From the IMG/VR virus record IMGVR_UViG_3300037225_000325, positions 1 to 54,618 of that record: a stretch of 54,618 nucleotides of DNA. The stretch is one strand, 5' to 3'. Source of the DNA: a virus (taxonomy: Duplodnaviria > Caudoviricetes). Positions 45,430-54,618 of this stretch are shown here, one piece after another. How positions within the stretch are numbered: the first letter of the stretch is position 1; each line of letters opens with the position of its first letter. The position numbers were made by a program, and so were the translations under genes. The notes beneath the pieces were generated by a model. That model searched no databases. It saw only the letters and a program-made list of their open reading frames with translations, and was not told where the DNA came from.

Positions 45430-47535
45430 CTACATCCCAAAGCCCACCGCGGATTGCGCCAGGGACTGAGTTCCTCCTGCATCCGTTAGCACGACCTCGT
45501 TCCCCCCTCCATCCGTGACCCTCACGGTCCCGGTTTGGTCAAACACATTCGCCTTTCCCGTGTAGAGTCCGACCCCGGCCAGGAGTCCCCTCGCGGGAGA
45601 GCCGAACATTGTCTTAAAATTGCCGTTTGCAGGGTCAACCCACAGCGGATCACCATAGCGGCTATGAGATTCAGCACTGGCCTGCACTCCGTCGATCCCT
45701 GCCATCGCAACGTCAGCCTGGACCGCTGTTCTGTAGGCATTAAAATCGGTATAACCAGTGCCTTTGAAATTTGCTACATTGCCGCCATTGGGGCACCAGT
45801 ACACGTTATAGTCGATGTAGACACTGTTGATTGTTCCCCCGTTGGAAGCGATTACAACTGCTGTCCCTGAGTCTTTATCTGTGTGAATAGGGGTCCTATT
45901 TCTTATGACGAGTCCAGCCACCTTGACGTTGGCATTAGTCCCCGCCGATGGCTGAACATGAAAAGCGTGGCCGGCATAGGCAGCAGGGGTGTTGGAAGAC
46001 GAGGGAAGGTGGTCTATAGATATGTTTTGGAAGGCATCCTTTGTCACTCCGTTGGCACTTCCGTATGTCCCTACCCCGTTGACAATCATATCGTAGACAA
46101 TTCCCCACGTAAAACTATTACCTCCAGCCGCTCCGGTAACGGCATTGAGGCTCGGGCCTTGATAAGAATTGTACTGTTTGAATCTGGTAAGAGTATTCCC
46201 TGCCGAATTACCGCTAATCGACAGAAGACCACTCCCTCCTCCACTTCCACCGTAAGGATAGAATGACGTGGGGTAGGTAAAGGGCCAACTGCTGTCAGCC
46301 GTATAGCCGAGGTTGTATCCAGTAATATCGCTGAACGTGAAATTATTTCCGACTATCGAAATGCCTACACCTCTGATGTTATGAAAAAGAAGGTTCGAGC
46401 CAGTTGTCCCGCTTGCGCCGGTTGACAGGCCATACGCCCCGTTAGCTGCGCCCAAGTTATAGAATTGCTCATTGGTAAAACTTACAGTACCAGAAAATGT
46501 AGCCGCCATTGACATTCCGTTTAGGGCATCGTGGTACTTATTTCCGCTGGACGTGACCGGTCCCGTAGACGTCCCGTAGTAGTTTACAACGCTGGACCCT
46601 ACAAGTGTGACGGCACTGAAGTCGCTGTTTGTCACAGTTATCCCAGACGATCCAATGTCTCTGAACCAACCTTCATAGTTTGACCCGACGCCAGGTCCAA
46701 CAATGGTGACACCTGATACCGTAGGGCCGTTAGCCTGGTATAGATACAAAACTGTCCCAGCGGCGTACTTTATCGTACTATTTAGATAAGACGTGCTAAC
46801 CATCGCAGTCCCGTCAAAAATAGTAGCAGAATTGCCACCTTCCATATCGAGGTTAATCCACGACCTGTAGTTATGCTGATTCAGGACTGAGTAGTTTTTG
46901 TTGCTTGCGAGTATTGTCCCAGTGGTCGGGTCTTCTCCCACGTTGACATAGAGTAGCGTGCCTGTCGTTTTCCAGCAGACATGATTTGAGGTGGGAGTGG
47001 TGCAGCTTGCGTTGTCTTTCGTGTCAACCGTGAGGAAGATATCTGAACCGGCCTTGCGGTACACAGCGACCTTAACCTCTGTATCTGCCGTTGTATGGTA
47101 GACGTTGCTGCCGTCTGAGGTCCATGACAGGGTAGCAGGATCATAGAAGGCATACAGCTTTGGTTTCGCTCCTGTTCCGTAACTCGTAGTTGTAATCGTA
47201 TCATTACTGGCTGCCGTTCCCCCAGCTCCAGTGGTGGCGTAAAAGCTGTACCAAGTGTCCCCAGAGTTCATATATACGATCTCTCCGTGAGACAGGGTAC
47301 AGGCTTCGTTGCCGGACTTGTTGACGTCTTCAGGATGGTGCAGCCAGGGAGAGGCAAGCGTTCCGCTGTTGCTCGTGGCTCCTGCCGCTGCCACCCAGTA
47401 ACAGCGAGTCACAGTTGCGGGACAGGTTCCCGCGCCGCCAGCCGTCCCGTAGCCACCAGACACACAGGTCGCGGCGTGGCTGAACCCTGCCAGCACCAGA
47501 AAGATTGCAAGAGAAAGAAAGAGTTTGAGTTTCAT
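45430..47535 (-). CDS. Signal-peptide-bearing pectin-lyase-like beta-helix protein
   Basis: MKLKLFLSLAIFLVLAGFSHA signal; SNSGTLASPW, GDTWY, YGTGAKP, DYNVYW and DPLWVDPANGNF..GSPA motifs; RBS AGGAGG. Confidence 0.75.
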   Translation of the reverse strand: MKLKLFLSLAIFLVLAGFSHAATCVSGGYGTAGGAGTCPATVTRCYWVAAAGATSNSGTLASPWLHHPEDVNKSGNEACTLSHGEIVYMNSGDTWYSFYATTGAGGTAASNDTITTTSYGTGAKPKLYAFYDPATLSWTSDGSNVYHTTADTEVKVAVYRKAGSDIFLTVDTKDNASCTTPTSNHVCWKTTGTLLYVNVGEDPTTGTILASNKNYSVLNQHNYRSWINLDMEGGNSATIFDGTAMVSTSYLNSTIKYAAGTVLYLYQANGPTVSGVTIVGPGVGSNYEGWFRDIGSSGITVTNSDFSAVTLVGSSVVNYYGTSTGPVTSSGNKYHDALNGMSMAATFSGTVSFTNEQFYNLGAANGAYGLSTGASGTTGSNLLFHNIRGVGISIVGNNFTFSDITGYNLGYTADSSWPFTYPTSFYPYGGSGGGSGLLSISGNSAGNTLTRFKQYNSYQGPSLNAVTGAAGGNSFTWGIVYDMIVNGVGTYGSANGVTKDAFQNISIDHLPSSSNTPAAYAGHAFHVQPSAGTNANVKVAGLVIRNRTPIHTDKDSGTAVVIASNGGTINSVYIDYNVYWCPNGGNVANFKGTGYTDFNAYRTAVQADVAMAGIDGVQASAESHSRYGDPLWVDPANGNFKTMFGSPARGLLAGVGLYTGKANVFDQTGTVRVTDGGGNEVVLTDAGGTQSLAQSAVGFGM

Positions 47536-47545
47536 GGTGGCCCTC

Positions 47546-48574
47546 CTAATTCCCCGTCCAGGAACCGTTCTGACCAAGCAAATCCCAATAACCTGTCACT
47601 TCACACCCAAGAGTAATAGCGGTCTGTCGCACAGTTCCAGATATGATACCACCCGTACAGGTAGCTCCTGCCCCCGCCCCTGTGCAACATGCCCACGGAG
47701 CACCGGCGGCAGTACAGGATGTGGCTCCTGCCCAGTTAGTTGCGGCAAAGTAAAAAGTATCTGTCCCGTTTGGCCTTAGCTGAATCGTCTGTGCTGCAAT
47801 CACCATTTTCGATACCACCGTGCCAGCTACGGCTGGAGGCAATCCAATTATCTTGGTTGCCGTGGCTCCTGAGTTATTGCCTATGATAATTTGGGCATTG
47901 GGAACTTTCTTAACGGATACCGAAGATAGGACATAATTCACAGCCTCGCTTGCTACCTGAGAGAATACAGGGTCGGTTGTGTCCGCTGCTCCTGCCTTGA
48001 TATACCAAACCAACGTTCCGACAGTGGGAATGAATGTTGTTCCTGTCACGCCGCCCAAGGACACTCGGAACCCTGTGCCTGGAGTTGTAACGGCACTAAA
48101 GGTGGCCGTGACCATGTAGGTCGCACCCGCTTCGATTCCCATAGCGACGGTTTTGCTGAATGAGTTGGCCCCGTTAGTGGTGTCGTTGATAGTCATAGTG
48201 CCCGCTGCTTCCGCGAAGTACCCTGCACCTACAGTATGATGGACAACCGTATAGGCCGGGGCAGCTCCAAAAGCCGCAGCAAGTTCACTTCCTCTCGTCA
48301 GACCGACAGCAAGAGGGGGAGAGTAGCCTGTATAGGTCGCAAAGCCGCCCGTGGTATTTACCGCAGTAGCAAGCGCCGTCGCCACTCCCGTTCCCGGCGT
48401 GATTCCACCTAACGCTGTCCCACCGCTATTGGTCTGGATGTCGCCTGCAGAGCCGCCGGGGGTGGCAGAGCCGGAAGAGCCGCCACTATCGAACCCCCAG
48501 CCGAAAGCATATACGTTAGATGACGCCCACAGGGTAAAGAATGCGATAAGTATGAAACTGAGTAGTTTTTTCAT
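47546..48574 (-). CDS. Signal-peptide-bearing fibre-like protein with a Cys-rich motif
   Basis: MKKLLSFILIAFFTLWASSNVYA signal; PGGSAGDIQTN and GTGVATALA fibre motifs; CTAAGAPWACCTGAGAGATC. Confidence 0.7.
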   Translation of the reverse strand: MKKLLSFILIAFFTLWASSNVYAFGWGFDSGGSSGSATPGGSAGDIQTNSGGTALGGITPGTGVATALATAVNTTGGFATYTGYSPPLAVGLTRGSELAAAFGAAPAYTVVHHTVGAGYFAEAAGTMTINDTTNGANSFSKTVAMGIEAGATYMVTATFSAVTTPGTGFRVSLGGVTGTTFIPTVGTLVWYIKAGAADTTDPVFSQVASEAVNYVLSSVSVKKVPNAQIIIGNNSGATATKIIGLPPAVAGTVVSKMVIAAQTIQLRPNGTDTFYFAATNWAGATSCTAAGAPWACCTGAGAGATCTGGIISGTVRQTAITLGCEVTGYWDLLGQNGSWTGN

Positions 48575-48577
48575 GGT

Positions 48578-48937
48578 TTACATCCCCTGGTTCTTGTAGT
48601 AGACAATGCAGGTTGCCCCGGTCCCGGATATGCTTAGAAAAAGCCCTTTGTAGAAAACAGTTGGAAGAGCCGATCCGCCGCTATATGCCGCCCCGATCGT
48701 AATGCCAACGCCGACCACGTTCCCCGATGCAGCCGAGTCGTTGTCGTAGACCGTGCAGGTTGCAGTATTTGTCCCGTTGGTAAGTGCTTGAACCCCGCAG
48801 AGGGTCCCGCCTTTAGTTGTATTCTGAATTGTACCCGAACTCGTCTGAAGCCCGCTTGAGATGCAGGGCGAATCTGCTGCTCCCGCGAGAGACACTGTGG
48901 TCAGGAAAATAACTACGGCAAGGATTATTTTCTTCAT
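48578..48937 (-). CDS. Signal-peptide-bearing small beta-sandwich virion-accessory-like protein
   Basis: MKKIILAVVIFLTTVSLAGA signal; 4 Cys; VYDN..AASG...GL...I.GT...VYY; RBS AGGAGG. Confidence 0.7.
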   Translation of the reverse strand: MKKIILAVVIFLTTVSLAGAADSPCISSGLQTSSGTIQNTTKGGTLCGVQALTNGTNTATCTVYDNDSAASGNVVGVGITIGAAYSGGSALPTVFYKGLFLSISGTGATCIVYYKNQGM

Positions 48938-49162
48938 GGGGCCTCCTATGGTTTCAAAATCTGATATGTAAACGTCTGCCCTCCGGCTGTTAATAAGCAT
49001 TGAGGGCTTCCTGGTTGCCATGTGGGGTCGAAGAAACCTATCATATCCTAATTTCCTCTTAAAATTCTCCAGTTTGTCCCGTTGCTCTGCATATCACACC
49101 ATCTACTTAAAATCCTATCTATAGGCCGCAAATAGAAGGATTAGCATCTGCATAAGTTACCT

Positions 49163-51259
49163 CTAATTAGTTTCAATTTTCCATCCAAAAGTCCATGTAG
49201 TTACTCCTGGAACGGCGGTACAGTTGACAGTAAAATATGTTGCGCCTATCGTGTCTACCCATACAGCCCCAATAGGAGTGGTAGTTGTATTGGTGCCCGT
49301 AATTGTTATGTTTTCTGCAAGAGGTGTGACATCCAAGCCATGAGCAATAACAACTGATGTCGCAGCTGCAGCTATCACGTTTGAGCCATGGGCTGTCGTC
49401 TTCAGTAATCCAGTATTTCTTGTGATGTCATAGGTCAGCAGTTGAGCGTTGGTTAGGCCGGTTGCAAATTTCGTAGCGAATGAGTTAAGGGTTGCGTTGT
49501 TTCCAATGATTTTGAGGTTGCCTGCCGCAGGGACAGCCGATGATGAAAAAAGATAGAATGCAGTCTTTCCAGTCGCAGCACTGGTATCATTAGAGAAGTG
49601 GTTTCCAATTACCTCTGCGTACGTGTCTGTTGTCTGGGGATCGAGTACCAGAGTCTTGTTGCCCGTTGTTGCATTGACAGTCCCGGTCTGCCCTCCGTTA
49701 CTGCAATCATTAAAGGTGACGCCTTGTATCTTGCTGTACTTCGCCTGAGAGTATATCCCATACCCTTCACTGTTGATGTAGGTGCCCATGACCGTGAGCG
49801 AAGTCCCCGGCGCGGCGTATATTCCCTGAGTAATCCATGGTCCTGTCTGATCCAGATACCCAACTTGTTCTATCCGCCCACCCATGACGGTAAGAGAACC
49901 TGCAAGGATGCCAATGCCACGAGTCGCTGTTTTCGTTATGGAGGGGTTATTGACTAAGACATTTCCACTTACGATGTGTATTCCTTCCCAGATAACCGCC
50001 CCAGGGATGTTTGTATGAGAAATCTGAGGAGCATTCAGGATAACCGGGATGTAAGAGTCAATATGGATTGCCGCGCTGATAGCGGGAGTGCCACCCCCAG
50101 CCCAAGGGGACTCAACGAAAACGGGATCACTAACAGTGATGGCTCCTTTTTCCATACCCGCGTAGGTCCCTGTGATGTAAAGCCCGGCATAGACAGCCCT
50201 GTAGGATTGGATGAGGGATAATTGAATCATGTTGGCCCGATCTATCCAATAGTCGTACAGGTTGTGTTCTGCCTGGATGTTATGAACACGGATGTTTGCA
50301 GAAGCAGCGCCGATCTTTAACCCTGCCGTGCAAGAACTTAACCACAGATTGTGGATGGATACCCCGTTAGAGCCTGGGGCGATCTCTAAGGCAATAGTGG
50401 CGGCACCCATTCCACTTGATACATCACCTTGTATTATCTCCATGTCGCTAATGGTAGCCCCATTAGAGGCCATTTTAATAATGCCACCAGTTATCAAATG
50501 ACTACCGGCGAGAACTGTTGCTCCTTCTCCTGCTCCATAAAAGTTGAATCCCTCCCAAACTCCATTAGTAATTAAAACTTGTGAGGCTAAATAGTATCCA
50601 CCGGCGGGAACATAAACGCTTCCTCCAGTCCCGGTAGTCAAAACCGAGGCTATGGCACATTGAAACGCGGTACTGTTATCTGTTCCTACCAACGTAGAAT
50701 AGTTTAGACCAGCAATGGCCCCAAACATAGTTGGTGTGGCATAGGTAAGTCCACGAACTTGGCCGGAAGAGAAGCCGTAGAAGACTTGACAAAGCCCGGC
50801 ATTGAATGAAGCGTCAAAAGTTAATAGTCCAGTTCCGGTTTGTGTAATTCTCCCTGAGCCAGGTGCAACCATAATGGGGACAGTGCTGGTAAGACTTCCA
50901 GTGAAGGTAAGGGAAGAAGTTATAAACAGCCCCTTTCCAGCGGCTACGGCAGCAGTATGAGCAGCAGAAAGGGTAGCGTACATCCCGCTATTCACCATTC
51001 CAGCCAACCCTGGCCATAAATTGCCCAACTGTATTTTTCTGTTCATCGGCACAGTCAAGGGGTTCTTTACCGTCACTACAATGTCAGTGGCGGAAGGCGC
51101 AGTATCCTCAGTCAGTGTTTGTAATGGATAAGGCAAGGCATTACCCGAACATACCCACGAAGTCCCGTTCCAAAAACAAGGCGGGGACTGAGAAAAAGAA
51201 CTGCTGGCAAGAACCATGATCAGTAATGCCGCAATCGATAGTGTCCACAACTTTTTCAT
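49163..51259 (-). CDS. Signal-peptide-bearing tailspike-like protein (pectate_lyase_3-type beta helix)
   Basis: MKKLWTLSIAALLIMVLASSSFS signal; FGA...DNSTAFQCAI...VYVPAGGY; C-terminal V.IAHGL..TP. Confidence 0.8.
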   Translation of the reverse strand: MKKLWTLSIAALLIMVLASSSFSQSPPCFWNGTSWVCSGNALPYPLQTLTEDTAPSATDIVVTVKNPLTVPMNRKIQLGNLWPGLAGMVNSGMYATLSAAHTAAVAAGKGLFITSSLTFTGSLTSTVPIMVAPGSGRITQTGTGLLTFDASFNAGLCQVFYGFSSGQVRGLTYATPTMFGAIAGLNYSTLVGTDNSTAFQCAIASVLTTGTGGSVYVPAGGYYLASQVLITNGVWEGFNFYGAGEGATVLAGSHLITGGIIKMASNGATISDMEIIQGDVSSGMGAATIALEIAPGSNGVSIHNLWLSSCTAGLKIGAASANIRVHNIQAEHNLYDYWIDRANMIQLSLIQSYRAVYAGLYITGTYAGMEKGAITVSDPVFVESPWAGGGTPAISAAIHIDSYIPVILNAPQISHTNIPGAVIWEGIHIVSGNVLVNNPSITKTATRGIGILAGSLTVMGGRIEQVGYLDQTGPWITQGIYAAPGTSLTVMGTYINSEGYGIYSQAKYSKIQGVTFNDCSNGGQTGTVNATTGNKTLVLDPQTTDTYAEVIGNHFSNDTSAATGKTAFYLFSSSAVPAAGNLKIIGNNATLNSFATKFATGLTNAQLLTYDITRNTGLLKTTAHGSNVIAAAATSVVIAHGLDVTPLAENITITGTNTTTTPIGAVWVDTIGATYFTVNCTAVPGVTTWTFGWKIETN

Positions 51260-52969
51260 TTACCACCCTCTCCTTGCAACGACCCGTTGCAACCAGTGTG
51301 CCGCCGTTACGGCTCCGTACTGCCATGTTGAATAGGATAATGCGCCCAACGCCCCGCCCCCCGTTTGGTACTTAATACTATTCCGGTTCAAATGGTCAAG
51401 GGTTATGGGGACGTTTACCCCGTAAGCGTTGTTGACATCGCGTATCCACTGCGTTCTCATCCCCGTCGTATAGCCAAGCTCCCCCGTTACATTGACGAAA
51501 TCCAGCGTGGAAAAGAGAGGCATCACCCCTATATTGTGGGTAAAAGTGATGACCTGGCTTGCTGAGATTGTCGAGACCGCGATATCTCCTGAATCGTACA
51601 TCCCCTGATAAGCGTAGGGGATAATCCCTGTAATTGCCGATGCACCTGCCGTCGCCTCTCCTACGAAAACTTTCGTGGTTGGCACGGCAGCAGATCCGTT
51701 GCCCACATACATCTTCATTTCGGATATATTGAAGGTATACTGGTTTGAGGTGACGCTCGGGGTTCCATACCACTGATATACGGGGGCTAGTACCGTTGAC
51801 CCGCATGTCCCGTCAAAGGGATCAATCCAGAGATAATTAAGCCCGGAAGCCGTCAGCAATGTCCATGAAGCAGCCGTAAATGAGCCTACCAGGTCGGTAG
51901 TCCCGAACACCCCGTATGGAAGCCCTCCAGCGGTCCACTTTGTTCCCGTAACGACCAGGGGCACGGCAGCACTTAGATTTTGTGCTGCTATAACCAATGT
52001 GCCGGATGTCGCTGGGAGAAAATTAGGCAGGCCGCCAGTGGTAATGGGGCCAGACAGTACAGTGTGCCGCACTGGGACGAGGTTCTGCGGGAGAGTCAAT
52101 ATTTTCCCGTACCATGATGTTCCATCGCTAAAAATAGTTATCTCATCATACGGGACAAGCGTCGGGTTGACTTTTCCATCGACGGTCGCAATGATCGTGA
52201 CTGTGTACGTCGTGCCGGTATAGGCATTTTTGATCTTCAGCCACGAGCCGGGAGGAACAGTAGAAGCTCCAGGCAGTGTCAGGGTGATGCTCAATGCAAG
52301 TGCGCTGCTCACGACATAGGTCTGAAAAAGGCTTGCATAGGTAAAAACAGTATCAGCCGATAATGGCACTGTGGGGTAAAGGGGCATGGCGCTCCCAGAC
52401 CCTTGAGGATAAATGATACCGGAAGCCACGACCGAGACACTTGAATCAAGGGTGGTCGAGATCCAATTAACAGTCACGGTCGTAACCCCTCCACCCATCG
52501 AAACAGCCGAGACGTACCCGTAAATATACCCGCTCGTGACGGTGGCCTGTACAACCGTGCCAACTGAAAAAATAGACAGGAAGTTCCCCACCATGGAAAA
52601 TTGAGTTGGGCCTACATACAACGGCGCTACCGATTGAACGATGAACTGAAGGGTGGAGGGGACTTCGTTCGGCATTGACGAAACATTATCCTTTGACCAG
52701 ATAAGGTTGCCGTTGATGTCATAAAGCACAAGTTTTGTGTAACCGGTAAGCCACACATCGGCTTCTCCGTTTGAATCGAGGACTATGGGGTCTGTGTTGG
52801 CAGTCCCGCCCGTTGAATCGGTGTAGGTGGCCATAGGGTAGGTGGGAGGCGCCCCGAAAACGACAGCGGTCCCCGGCAGGACCGTGTAGAGATAACCTCC
52901 GGCCAGGGGAATCCCCGTACCAGGGTAAAAAGCCTTAAAGCGAGGTGTGGGGCACAGACTTACTGACAT
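51260..52969 (-). CDS. Tail fibre/spike with a P22-type head-binding N-terminal domain
   Basis: G.PLAGG.LYT...GT...ATYTD..G..ANT.PIVLD.NGEA.VWL; no signal peptide. Confidence 0.75.
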   Translation of the reverse strand: MSVSLCPTPRFKAFYPGTGIPLAGGYLYTVLPGTAVVFGAPPTYPMATYTDSTGGTANTDPIVLDSNGEADVWLTGYTKLVLYDINGNLIWSKDNVSSMPNEVPSTLQFIVQSVAPLYVGPTQFSMVGNFLSIFSVGTVVQATVTSGYIYGYVSAVSMGGGVTTVTVNWISTTLDSSVSVVASGIIYPQGSGSAMPLYPTVPLSADTVFTYASLFQTYVVSSALALSITLTLPGASTVPPGSWLKIKNAYTGTTYTVTIIATVDGKVNPTLVPYDEITIFSDGTSWYGKILTLPQNLVPVRHTVLSGPITTGGLPNFLPATSGTLVIAAQNLSAAVPLVVTGTKWTAGGLPYGVFGTTDLVGSFTAASWTLLTASGLNYLWIDPFDGTCGSTVLAPVYQWYGTPSVTSNQYTFNISEMKMYVGNGSAAVPTTKVFVGEATAGASAITGIIPYAYQGMYDSGDIAVSTISASQVITFTHNIGVMPLFSTLDFVNVTGELGYTTGMRTQWIRDVNNAYGVNVPITLDHLNRNSIKYQTGGGALGALSYSTWQYGAVTAAHWLQRVVARRGW

Positions 52970-52978
52970 AATGTTCTC

Positions 52979-54583
52979 CTATAGAAAGGGCTTTACGCCA
53001 AGTCCTTCCCCGACCTTTATTTTTTCGATCAGTTCATCGAAGGCAGTTTTTGACCATTCGATCCTCTGGGCATGAACCATCTCTATCCGTTCAAGACAGA
53101 GGTCTGTTGCTTCTTTTATCGTATTCCCTATCCCGATGACAGCCCCAAGGTTATCGCCCTTGTCCTGGGAAATCGAATAAATCTTGCTCTTGTCCCCGTA
53201 TTTGTTCCTGATCTTCACCCACTCTTCTATTTCTTTCGGATACTTGACTTCCACGTCGAAATTATCCTTCCCCGCCGAGGAGTGGAACTTGAGGATAGCC
53301 CCATATTTGGCCCCTATCTCTATCTTGGGCGGCTTCCCTCGGGCTACATCGCAGACGACACGGCTCCAGTTCTTGATGAGCTTACCGCACAGCACTTCAG
53401 ACGAGGGCGACCCGGCCCGGCAGCATATATCGAGCGGGAAGCACTTACCTTTCTTGGTGATGATGCTTTCCATCGAGTAGAGGCCCCGGTAGCCGGCGAG
53501 AGGCATAGTCTTCATGTCGGACGCCTTTTTGATCCCTTCTGCGGTGAAGAATGGAGCCATGCAGTCGTTTACATTCTTGATTATATGAGGTAAATCATCA
53601 TTTTTGTACATCCTTCCGATCAGGGCATCGCCTTTCTTCTCATACCCTATCATACCCCAGTCGCCGAATACGCCGTCCGAATTAACCCCGTCATATCCAG
53701 GCTCGCAGGCGGCGTCGAGGATGCTTTCACAGATGAAGACGATCTGTTCTTTCCTCACCCCGAGGTCATAGGCGAGTTTGTCCATGAAATAAAGGAAGTC
53801 CTCGATGGTATTGTCCACGCCATCAATCACGGTGGTCTCAAAATCTCCGCGATAGCACGATGACTTTATGACCAACTTGGCCCCCTTCGGCTGTTCCTTG
53901 CACCACTCTCTGAGTTCGTCTATCCCTCCCTCGATGATGGTACAGGGGATAACAGGCAGACCGGCTTTATCGAGGGTTTCCTTGAAGAGTATCCGGTCGA
54001 TCTCGTATATTTCTGCCAAACCACTACCAAAGACGAATTTCCCCCTGCTTCTCAGGTCTTCCTGCAGGGCCCCTTTGTAGAAGTCGAAGAAGGTGAACAG
54101 GTCAACGTCTTTGATGCCCGGCTCGAAGTATTCCAGGCGTTCGATGCCCTTAACGCCGTCCCCGATCATGGCCTTGTCGGACGTTGGAAACGAGGATTCC
54201 CACGGGCAGTAATATTCTCTCTTCTTGAACTCCGTCATTTCTTCAAGGATGTACCCGAAGAGTCCGAAGTCGTAGCACCGGACAGTCATATCGGAGATGT
54301 CGTCAGGGGCAGTCTTGATGCCTTTTGCCTCTTGATAATCCCCACTATGGAGTCCTTCTTCCTCGGCCTTATCCTTGATCTTCTGCCATGTAGGGTTATC
54401 GTGCATCTTGAGGAATCCTACGGCCTGCCTGCGGGTAAGGAAGAGCTTACCATCCGGGGAAAATCCTTTCATATCCTCTGTCACGTTCTTGAGTTTTTTG
54501 GCAGAGATAAGGCTCTTGTGCGAATCATTTTCACGGCCCGTGGTGATGGTATCGTCCTGCTTGATGGAGGGTTTTAGGGTCAT
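52979..54583 (-). CDS. PurD/GAR-synthetase-like ATP-grasp protein with a small N-terminal domain
   Basis: VFGS...EIDR...K......GLP, VIK, GYEKK and YRGLYSME...LDICCRAGSP ATP-grasp pattern. Confidence 0.7.
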   Translation of the reverse strand: MTLKPSIKQDDTITTGRENDSHKSLISAKKLKNVTEDMKGFSPDGKLFLTRRQAVGFLKMHDNPTWQKIKDKAEEEGLHSGDYQEAKGIKTAPDDISDMTVRCYDFGLFGYILEEMTEFKKREYYCPWESSFPTSDKAMIGDGVKGIERLEYFEPGIKDVDLFTFFDFYKGALQEDLRSRGKFVFGSGLAEIYEIDRILFKETLDKAGLPVIPCTIIEGGIDELREWCKEQPKGAKLVIKSSCYRGDFETTVIDGVDNTIEDFLYFMDKLAYDLGVRKEQIVFICESILDAACEPGYDGVNSDGVFGDWGMIGYEKKGDALIGRMYKNDDLPHIIKNVNDCMAPFFTAEGIKKASDMKTMPLAGYRGLYSMESIITKKGKCFPLDICCRAGSPSSEVLCGKLIKNWSRVVCDVARGKPPKIEIGAKYGAILKFHSSAGKDNFDVEVKYPKEIEEWVKIRNKYGDKSKIYSISQDKGDNLGAVIGIGNTIKEATDLCLERIEMVHAQRIEWSKTAFDELIEKIKVGEGLGVKPFL

Positions 54584-54618
54584 TCTTCCTCTTTCCCCAT
54601 CTTACGCCGTTTCACCCG
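54580..54618 (-). CDS. 3' end of an upstream gene (RVKRRKMGKEEE*), possibly the continuation of 1..1767
   Basis: TGA overlaps the ATP-grasp ATG; in frame with the ORF leaving base 1. Confidence 0.45.
   Translation of the reverse strand, partial: RVKRRKMGKEEE

Noticed and set aside
45234-45570. Diversity-generating retroelement TR/VR pair
   Set aside because: No reverse transcriptase in the window, and the two copies differ broadly rather than only at adenines.
48940-49160. N-terminal extension of the 48578 ORF or a separate gene
   Set aside because: A strong RBS supports the start at 48937; the upstream AT-rich stretch has stops and looks like spacer or decayed sequence.

Overview
The window is most or all of a ~54.6-kb tailed dsDNA phage genome with P22-like (podovirus) morphogenesis genes, opened inside an ejection-protein gene. 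The minus-strand ORF leaving base 1 continues in frame into the last 39 nt, consistent with a circle. The minus-strand late region holds a TerS-like HTH gene, TerL, portal, GroES, scaffold, coat, a Ser/Thr/Gly-rich decoration-like protein, a glycosyltransferase/methyltransferase cassette, gp4/gp10-like tail proteins, a GNAT and ejection proteins. It continues at the right end with a PurD-like ATP-grasp protein, a tail fibre, four signal-peptide-bearing spike/fibre-like proteins, endolysin and holin candidates. A minus-strand replication module (initiator, DnaB-like helicase, CHC2 zinc finger, RuvC-like) diverges from a plus-strand early arm (pentapeptide and 11-aa repeat proteins, SSAP/exonuclease, gp49/66-family protein, SNF2-methyltransferase fusion, HNH, many small genes). 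I recognised no integrase, tRNA, cas or reverse transcriptase gene. The best candidates for new biology are: (1) four consecutive Sec-signal, Cys-rich spike/fibre-like genes in the late operon, suggesting periplasmic maturation of virion appendages; (2) a capsid-linked protein-glycosylation cassette; (3) a solitary type I-C CRISPR-repeat-like unit in the head operon (possible RNA anti-CRISPR); (4) two covarying H-type pseudoknots just upstream of early genes; (5) tandem multibranch RNA-like elements; and (6) small genes flanked by duplicated RBS+start sequences. All family calls come from motif recognition by eye; no searches were run.
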